64,000 bases of DNA, taken from the NCBI RefSeq assembly GCF_009914755.1, contig NC_060925.1. One strand, 5' to 3'. Shown piece by piece: positions 55,879 to 64,000 of the stretch; position 1 is the first letter of the stretch; the number at the start of each line of letters is the position of its first letter. The stretch comes from the human T2T-CHM13v2.0 reference genome, Homo sapiens. The position numbers and the translations under genes are program-made. The notes under the pieces were generated by a model that had not been told where the DNA came from, searched no databases, and saw nothing but the letters and a program-made list of their open reading frames with translations.

Positions 55879-56852
55879 GAAAAAACATGGTAGAAAGATA
55901 AAGGCATAATACTAAGTGAAAGAAGCCAATCCAAAAAGGCTATCTACTGTACAATTGCAACCCTATGAGATTCTGGAAAAGTCAAAATTTGGAGACAGTG
56001 AAAAAACAGTGGTTTCCAGGTGTCTGAGGGGAGGGAGGGATGAATACGCAGAACACAGAGAATTTTAATGCAGTGAAAATACTCTGTATGATATTATAAT
56101 GACAGATACATGTTGTTAACACATCTATTCAAACCCATGGAATGTACAAGTCTTAGAGTGATTCCTAATGTAAACTATGGACTGTGATGATTAGGTTGTG
56201 TCAATGTAGGCTCCTAAATTGTAAAAACTGCACCACTCTGGTGGAGGATGTTGATAATGGTGGAGGCTATGCATGCGTAGGGGCAAGTGCTGTATGGGAA
56301 ATATCTGTACCTTCCTCTTAATTTTGCTGTAAATCCAAAATTGCTCTCATTTTTTTTTTACAAAGAAAAAGCATCTATTAACTATTCTCTTTTTTGCAGT
56401 GAAGCACTCTATAAATATCCAAAGAAATCATGACATTTCTTACCACTATATATTGCATATAGGCATGTGATTACTGTTAGACTTATTTGTTTCCATATGT
56501 TAGATATGGATGAATAAACATTGGCTAAAAATCAGGTGAGCTAAATTTGTCTCAATTTTAAAAGTGTGTCTATGATTAAGTAAGCAGAACTCTCTCTCTG
56601 AAGCTAAACTTTATGACCTTGTGAAATAAGAGCAATAATTCCTTCATTCTTACTCTTAGGTTGTAAAGAAGATCTCTTTATGGAACAATACATGTGAAAA
56701 CAATGTTTGGAATTTCAGTAGAATAAAATAATTGAGAGAAAAACTCACCCTAGATAATACTTAGTGTATTTTCTATTTTTGAAATTATTTAAAATAATGA
56801 GACATGTAATTATATAAGTTACACAAATTAGCTAGAAAGAGAAATGAAAATG

Positions 56853-57179
56853 CAGCCACTCACTACCTAATGATGTTTTGGTCAATGACCACATATATGA
56901 TGGTGGTCTCAAAAGATTATAATGTGGTCTTTTTACTATATCTTTTCTTGGTTTAGGTGTACAAATATTATTGTGCTATAGTTGCATACAGTATTCAATA
57001 CAGTAACATGCTGTACAGGTTTGTAGCCTGAGAGTAACAGGCTATACCATATGGCCTAGGTGTATCATAGGTTACATCATCTAGGTTTGTGTAAATGCTA
57101 GCATGTTTCCACAATGATGAAACTGCCTAATGATGCATTTCTCAGAACATATCCCCATCATTAAGTGATGCATGATTGT
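56853..57179 (+). mobile_element. Tigger3a (MER7A)
   Basis: gatggtggtctcaaaagattataat...cagtaacatgctgtacaggtttgtagcct...gcatttctcagaacatatccccatcattaagtgatgcatgattg. Confidence 0.88.
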
Positions 57180-57589
57180 GATTATTTTATTTTCCATAAT
57201 CTTTCATAGCTGTTAAAAATGCTGCAACCTGCTTTCTATTATTATTAGCAAATATTTCATATTTTATTTTACAGTTTTTCTTCATATTTATCTCACTGTC
57301 CACCCAGAAGACAGTTAAATAGCCTTTCTTTATCAAGCAAAAAAGCTTTTTTATTTACCATGCTACTTCTGTGAGTTTCATTCTTTCATTTCTAGTAGAC
57401 CTTTATTCTGGCATTATTTGCTATAATGTAGGAAATCATTTATTTGATGAACCACTTTCAAGAATATCCTTTATCTGCCTAATTTTTAAACTGAAATTTT
57501 AGTGAGTGGTGAAATTATTAGTTGATCATTCTTATCTTTCAGTATACTATTCCAAAATTTAAAGTTTTTATTATTAATTTATTCTACAA

Positions 57590-58220
57590 GTTGCACTGAG
57601 CATCCACCATTTGTTAGTCTATATATGTTTAATCCCTGTGGATAAAACTGTGAACAAAACAAAAACAGAAACAAAATCTACGCTCTTGTAGGAATGAAGA
57701 TTTGGTTTTGACGAAAAGGCTATAAAGAAGTAAGTAAAATGTACGGTGGACTAATGATGATGAATGCTATGAAGAAAAATAAAGCAGAGAAATTGGTTAA
57801 AGAGAATCTTGCTGGGGGTCAATTGGGGTAAGAAATTTTTACTTTACTTCATGTGGTCAGAGAAAACATCACTGATATAGTGACAGATGAGCATAAATAT
57901 GAGGCATTTGCTTTGCAGCTATCTTTAAAAAAATCCAAACATTTCTAACGTAACAGACTGCAAAAGTCTTGTGTTGGAGGCAAGTGTGGCATGTTAAAGG
58001 AACGGTTAAAAGGAATGGCTGAAGCAGGGCAGACAAGGGAGTGTGGAGCATAGGTGGACATGGTGATGGAGAGGAAGTACGAAGAGGAGGGCCGGCTTAC
58101 TTAGGTTCTCACAGATGATATTAAGAAATTTTGCTTTGATTTTCAGGGGTCTGCTAAGCCACTGGGGTGTTGTGAGTGAGAAGTGATGTGATCTGACTTC
58201 TATTTTACAATTATTTTGGC
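57590..58220 (-). mobile_element. L2 fragment
   Basis: tgctatgaagaaaaataaagcag; gtggtcagagaaaacatcactga; gaagtgatgtgatctgactt. Confidence 0.65.
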
Positions 58221-58879
58221 TACATAATTAAATCATATTTAAATCAATAGAAATGGCCATTAGTTAGTAGGTTTGATTAGTTTGGGTAGAGTTTAATCAG
58301 AACTGAGCCCAGGATTCCAGCTGATTATCTAGTTGATCATATCCTATGTTTTCGCACACAGGTGCAACCACTGACTTCCAAGATACAGGGTTCCCTCCCC
58401 AAATTTCTCATACCTGTTTGCTCTTGTGAATCTTGAGTGATGCTGCATTCACTTTTAGAAGGGATTTCCAGAAAGGGTCTTGACCTTTGCTATAGAAATA
58501 CAGTGATACTAGAACTAGACTGTTTCTCCAGTGTATAACATTTTCTGTTTATCTTTACTTTGTGCAATTAATTGTGAAATAGAGGGTAGGTTGGGATAAT
58601 GTTTGGGGTTTTGTGATCTCTATATTCAGAAAACTTTTCCCTCTCAACCATCATCATAAACCCAATATCTATTCTGGTACTGACATGTTGGTTATATTTA
58701 ATAATCTTTTTTTTCGGAGTGACTAAATGAATGCTTGAATAAGTGCATGAATAAGAGAACAAATAAACCAAGGCATTTCCCTTGCCTCCTGTGCCAGTTA
58801 TCTTCCAGTTGCCCCTCCAGGGGTACTCTCTAACTTTCTCTCCTGTTTTCTTTATCCTTTGGGGTGGAGGATAATGTTT

Positions 58880-59274
58880 GGATTGTATCCGTTTCTAGCT
58901 CTTCTCTCTACTCAGACAATGGAAATTGGAGGGAGGGAGGACACTAAGACAGGAAAGTGAGGCTGTGGTATTTATTGCCCTGATTATATCCTTGACAGGT
59001 TATGCTACACTGGTGTTTCTCTATATAATGAGTCATTCTTCCTTTGAAAATGTCTATTCTAATTTCAATAAACTCTTCCTCCTTAACTCCCTTTTCCTTT
59101 TGGGCCTACAGGTTTTAGCTGCTCCATGGCTGCTAGCTAAGATTCCTACACACTCCATTGTGGATCCTCTACACCTTACCCACAACTCAGTAATTAGTCT
59201 CTTTATTTACAAACCTTCAAAATATTCTAATTTGCTTGTGCCATCTGTCTTCTGTTATGACTGTGACAGATACA
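58880..59274 (+). mobile_element. LTR33-family ERVL LTR
   Basis: 3' end ccttacccacaactcagtaattagtctcttt...tgtgccatctgtcttctg...gacagataca. Confidence 0.7.
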
Positions 59275-59529
59275 AATGCAAGTGTTTAATAGAAGGACGA
59301 GGAATGGGAATCTTGTCAAACAAAATAATATCTCACTTGTCTAATTGAACTTATTTTCTACTTTAATTAGCTGTGACTTCCAATTTAGGACACTCAAAGA
59401 CTACTGAGATATTAAAGCTTAAAACAACTTAAGAGGTCACCAAATCTGATTCACTAATTTTCTATATGGGAAAACAGGAATAGAGTTTGTGTTACCAACA
59501 TTGTCTGCAATAGTGGGTATTTGGCTGAT

Positions 59530-60185
59530 TCAACCACTACTGTATGGCTCTTCTATTACAACCGTAGAGTCTCAAATGGTCTCTCTTCCACTTGTGCCCA
59601 CCATAAACTATACTCAACTTAGCAGCCAGAGTGAGATAACTTCTTTGCTCCAAACTTTCCAGTGGTTTCCCATTTCATTCATAGTTAAAACCAAAGCTCT
59701 TGGAATCACTACATGATCAAACACCTTACCACCTTTGGGTCTTCAGCAATCTTCTTCTCTCACTTTTCTCTCCCTACATTGCCTATGTGTTCCCTGGTAG
59801 TCCAAAAATATTCTTATGTGTGTTAACACTTTTGTACTAGAAAGCGTTGTCAAATAGCTGCATGGATTACCCTAGTAGTGAAATATCACATTATTAAAAA
59901 GGTCTCTGTAACTACTTAACTTAAAAGAGAAGCTTTGCCTTCTGTTACATATTCACTCCTTTCGTGCTTTTTTTTAAAAAAAATCTATCACACTTGTTAT
60001 AATCTCATATAGTGAATGATGTATTTAATTATTTTAACTTTTCACCTATTTAAATATAAACTCAGTGAAAGTCAGGAGTTTTTTTTTCTACTTTATTCAT
60101 TTCTGAATCTTTGATGTGTACAATCTCTGGCACACAGGGCACACTCAAAAAATATTCAATAAATAAGTAAAAGAATAAATAAAAA
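59530..60185 (+). mobile_element. L2a 3' region
   Basis: cagccagagtga; gctccaaactttccagtggtttcccatt; ctggcacacagggcacactcaaaaaatatt...gaataaat. Confidence 0.7.
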
Positions 60186-60566
60186 TCATACACTTTTGTT
60201 TATATAATGAGGTAGTCAATATTGATAAACAATTATGTTATCTTATTGGGTTGTTATAAAGATAGGAGGACTCAGAGGGTCTATTTCTAATCGAATAGGT
60301 TTTCTGTTATCACCAGGATCACTACTATTCTATTACATGACTAGTATAACTGTATATAATACCAAAGAATGAAAAAAAAAATCCTTCATTTTTTCAGGAA
60401 TTAGGTTTAAAAGAATCAATCCAGCTTAAATATAATCAAGCAAGAGAGTACATAAGTGACATTGTCCAGTAACTTATAAGTTATATCTGGACATATTGAC
60501 AACAGTACAGTTGGAATGTAAATTGATGCTGACTTCCTTGTTGCATAAATTTCCCACAGCTACTAT

Positions 60567-61120
60567 TGAGACAGGAGAATAGGGTCTGGGGGCAGGGAAC
60601 CTAAGGCTGATTCACAGACTTCCTAGAACTGAATAAAAAGGAAAACCCCACCTGTCAACACCCATGTAACAAAAGGATCAGAGGCTACTCCCTATGCAAT
60701 GTCCCCCACTCCCACCCTTTGTTTTTCTGTGTTGCAGATGGAAAAATGAAAGTACCTCTGATTGGTCCTCTCCTGCAACCAATCAGACTGATCACAGGCC
60801 AAGTCTTCATGTGTAACTCTGTAACTTTACTTCAACCTATGACTGGTCACCTTATGCAACCAATCAGACTGGTTGAAGGCCACTACTTCATTTACATACA
60901 GTGTAAACCAAGTAACCAGTGGTAAACCACTAGAGGGTATTTAAACCCCAGAAAAACTCTGTAACCAGCACTCTTGAGCAGCTGCTTGAGCCCATTCCTA
61001 TTCTGTGGAGTGTAGTTTCATTTCAAAAAATTTTTGCTTTTCTCTTATTGCTTTGTTTGTGCAGTTTGTTCAATTTTTTGTTCAAAATATCAAGATCCTG
61101 GACACCCTCCACCGGTAACA
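60567..61120 (+). mobile_element. MER51 family (ERV1) solo LTR
   Basis: tgagacaggagaatagggtctgggggcagggaacctaagg...aaccaatcagactg x2...ctggacaccctccaccggtaaca; 4-bp TSD ctat. Confidence 0.9.
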
Positions 61121-61579
61121 CTATTACTTGAATCCAATTAGAGTATAAAGCCTGTATTACAGGGAGATGATAGGGAAAATAAACATATTTTGTTCTCCAG
61201 GAGAAAAATTCAGAAATTCATTTTTTAATATTTTATTATAGTCAGAGATTTGTAGTACTACTTAGTGCATTTAAATTTAATAGCATTTAATGCTATTAAA
61301 AACCAGCATTCTGCCTCCTAAAGGTGTACTGCAGGCAACTTAAGGAACTAGTAACTATTAATATCTTGTGTAAAGTGGAATATTCTAGAATTCATATACA
61401 TACTCATTTTTCATTGTACCCTTTATAGTAGATGTTGGAAAGAAATCTATTATCTAAAATTATTTACAAATTCTCCTTTTCAAAGAAACTGTATTTGTCA
61501 TCCTTTTAGAATTTCATTGAATAGTACATGTTGTTGCTTTTTATTTTCTTGTGTTCAACAGAATCTTGGAATTTTAGGA

Positions 61580-61820
61580 AGTGTTTTCCTTTAACTTTTT
61601 GTTTTCAGGTAATTTTAGACTTACAGAAAAGTTGTTAGAAAAGAAAAAAGAATTATATATAACTTTCAACTATTTTCTCCCCAAAATAGTTACCATATTT
61701 GCTTTTGTTTTATATTTCTCTTTTTTCTCCCTCAATCTATGTACATATATATGTACACACATGCACACACACACACTACACCTACACACATTCATACACA
61801 TTATTTTCTGAATCTACCCA
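61580..61820 (-). mobile_element. L1MC4/5-like 3' end fragment
   Basis: ggtaattttagacttacagaaaagttg motif. Confidence 0.55.
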
Positions 61821-61839
61821 TGTTATAGAAATGGTGCCC

Positions 61840-62877
61840 CGGCAACGAAAGCCAAAACAGACAAATGGGATCTAATTAAACTAAAGAGCATCTGCACAGC
61901 AAAAGAAACTACCATCAGAGTGAACAGGCAACCTACAGAATGGCAGAAAATTTTTAAAATCTACCCATCTGACAAAGGGCAAATATCCAGAATCTACAAA
62001 GAACTCAAACAAATTTACAAGAAAAAAACAAACAACCCCATCAAAAAGTGGACAAAGGATATGAACAGACACTTCTCAAAAGAAGACATTTATGCAGCCA
62101 AAAGACACATGAAAAAATGCTCATCATCAATGGCCATCAGAGAAATGCAAATCAAAACCACAATAAGATACCATCTCACACCAGTTAGAATGGCGATCAT
62201 TAAAAAGTTAGGAAACAACAGGTGCTGGAGAGGATGTGGAGAAATAGGAACACTTTTACACTGTTGGTGGGACTGTAAACTAGTTCAACCACTGTGGAAG
62301 ACAGTGTGGCGATTCCTCAAGGATCTAAAACTAGAAACATCATTTGACCCAGCCATCCCATTACTGGATATATACCCAAAGGATTATAAATCATGCTGCT
62401 ATAAAGACACATGCACACGTATGTTTATTGCGGCACTATTCACAATGGCAAAGACTTGGAACCAACCCAAATGTCCATCAATGATAGACTGGATTAAGAA
62501 AAATGGCACATATACACCAAGGGATACTATGCAGCCATAAAAAAGGATGAGTTCATGTCCTTTGTAGGGACATGGATGAAGCTGAAACCATCATTCTGAG
62601 CAAACTATCATAAGGACAGAGAACCAAACACTGCATGTTCGCACTCATGGGTGGGAACTGAACAATGAGAACACTTGGACATAGGGTGGGGTACATCACA
62701 CACTGGGGCCTGTTGTGGGGTGGGGGTAGTGGGGAGGGATAGCATTAGGAGAAATAACTAATGTAAATGACGAGTTAATGGGTGTGGCAAACCAACATGG
62801 CACATGTATACGTGTCTATGTAACAAACCTGCATGTTGTGCCCATGTACCCTAGAACTTAAAGTATAAAAAAAAAGA
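61840..62877 (+). mobile_element. 5'-truncated L1PA5-like element (ORF2 C-terminal remnant plus 3'UTR)
   Basis: ORF 61920-62540 is the L1 ORF2 C-terminus ([19 protein letters not shown]), frameshifted at its end; 13-bp TSD agaaatggtgccc at 61827-61839 and 62878-62890. Confidence 0.93.
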
Positions 62878-63747
62878 AGAAATGGTGCCCTAATAATTGC
62901 AGTTTAAGTGAGAATTTAATCTGGATAGTGAGGCAAGATAAGAATCAAATGTTTTTTAAAAATATATTTTGATTATTATAAAAGAGGAAAGTACAATATT
63001 ATCCTTTCTCATTTGAGTGGGTTTGAGAAAGACATTAAAATGGTATATATTTTTAATGAAGATAATCTTAAGGATAAATTTTCGATCACATTTCCTGTCA
63101 ATGTCCTGCATGTACCCTCCTCTCCAATTATACTGTAAAAATTACAGCTGGGGAAATTGTTGTTTTAGGCTCTTGCTGAACAATTGTCTATTTATTGCAT
63201 AAAGTGAATATCTGAAAACCATGCTGTGCCCAACCATGTATAAGAGAGAAAAACCCTACCAAGATGATCTGATCCTACATTCACTACCAAGTACACCATG
63301 TACAAGTTCTTATCTTCCTTTATCTCCCGTTCTGTTTTACTCCCTAATTAAGCTTTATCTGGTGGCATAAATAAAAGAAATTACCTCCAGTTAAGACCAC
63401 AAATTGCCTTTTGCTCAATTCTTATTTGCATTGTTTATGTGTGTGCTTTTATTAAGTGCTGTATACATCCCCAGAGCATTGCTAATAATGCTGGAATAAT
63501 AATGATGGAAGACAGCCTATTTTGAGCTCTACATTTATTCTTAGTATTTCAATAACATACAGCAGTGACAGGTAAACAGCCAATTACTATGGCTAATATT
63601 AAATACTTTTTTGTACATTTAAAAAACACATCATGGTTGAACTAGGAGAAAATCCAAACTGGTTGGAGTTTAAGATTGTGCTACACTGATTTGAAACATC
63701 ATTTATTTTCTTTAACTACCATTACCACCATCAAAATACTACTTTTC

Positions 63748-63911
63748 TTGTGGGGTGGGGGGAAGGGGGAGGGATAGCATTAGGAGATATACCTAATGTT
63801 AAATGACGACTTAATGGGTGCAGCACACCAACATGGCACATGTATACATATGTAACAAACCTGCACGTTGTGCACATGTACCCTAAAACTTAAAGTATAA
63901 TAATAAAAAAA
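63748..63911 (+). mobile_element. L1PA4-like extreme 3' end
   Basis: ggggagggatagcattaggagatatacctaatgttaaatgac...taccctaaaacttaaagtataat; TSD actacttttc at 63738-63747 and 63912-63921. Confidence 0.93.
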
Positions 63912-64000
63912 ACTACTTTTCATATTTACTTTATTTTCTCCATGTTCTAAAAATAGAGCGTAACTCGTTTTGAAAATATTGTTCTTTTAAAGAGATTGTA

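Larger units (their letters stand above)
50350..56370 (+). mobile_element. Near full-length L1MC (L1MCa 5' end, L1MC1-like 3' end), inactive, with internal deletions
   Basis: 5' cacatgtaaggagtttggaa..caccactctgtcctaa; ORF1 remnant (KEMLETQNTVTEIKNAFDELVSRL); EN remnant (YAPKN..RDFNIPL..LDIIDIY); L1MC 3'UTR. Confidence 0.88.

Noticed and set aside
61920-62540. Longest ORF in the window (206 aa)
   Set aside because: C-terminal remnant of L1 ORF2 in a truncated copy with no promoter and a terminal frameshift.

Overview
Human genomic DNA: it carries an AluYb8 and a pre-Ta L1HS, both human-specific subfamilies. The window is AT-rich, gene-poor and dominated by transposable elements. It contains a near full-length L1PB on the minus strand (~2950-9220), two long ancient L1MC elements (~11320-17010 and ~50350-56370), and several truncated L1PA/L1M/L2/MIR pieces. 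There are eight Alus or Alu fragments, solo LTRs (MSTA, MLT2A, MLT1, LTR12, LTR16, LTR33, MER51) and DNA transposon fossils (MER20, MER33, MER30, MER58A, Tigger3a). I found no credible protein-coding exon or RNA gene; the ORFs I examined are repeat-derived or chance frames. I found no evidence of a new biological system. The most notable observations are small structural ones: a cluster of very young, possibly polymorphic insertions; two twin-primed L1s, one only 153 bp; templated fold-back insertions inside the L1PB; a 51-bp local copy inside a (TA)n tract; and an intact LTR12 with 7 CCAAT boxes. Subfamily calls come from remembered consensus motifs rather than a RepeatMasker run, and boundaries of old elements are approximate.
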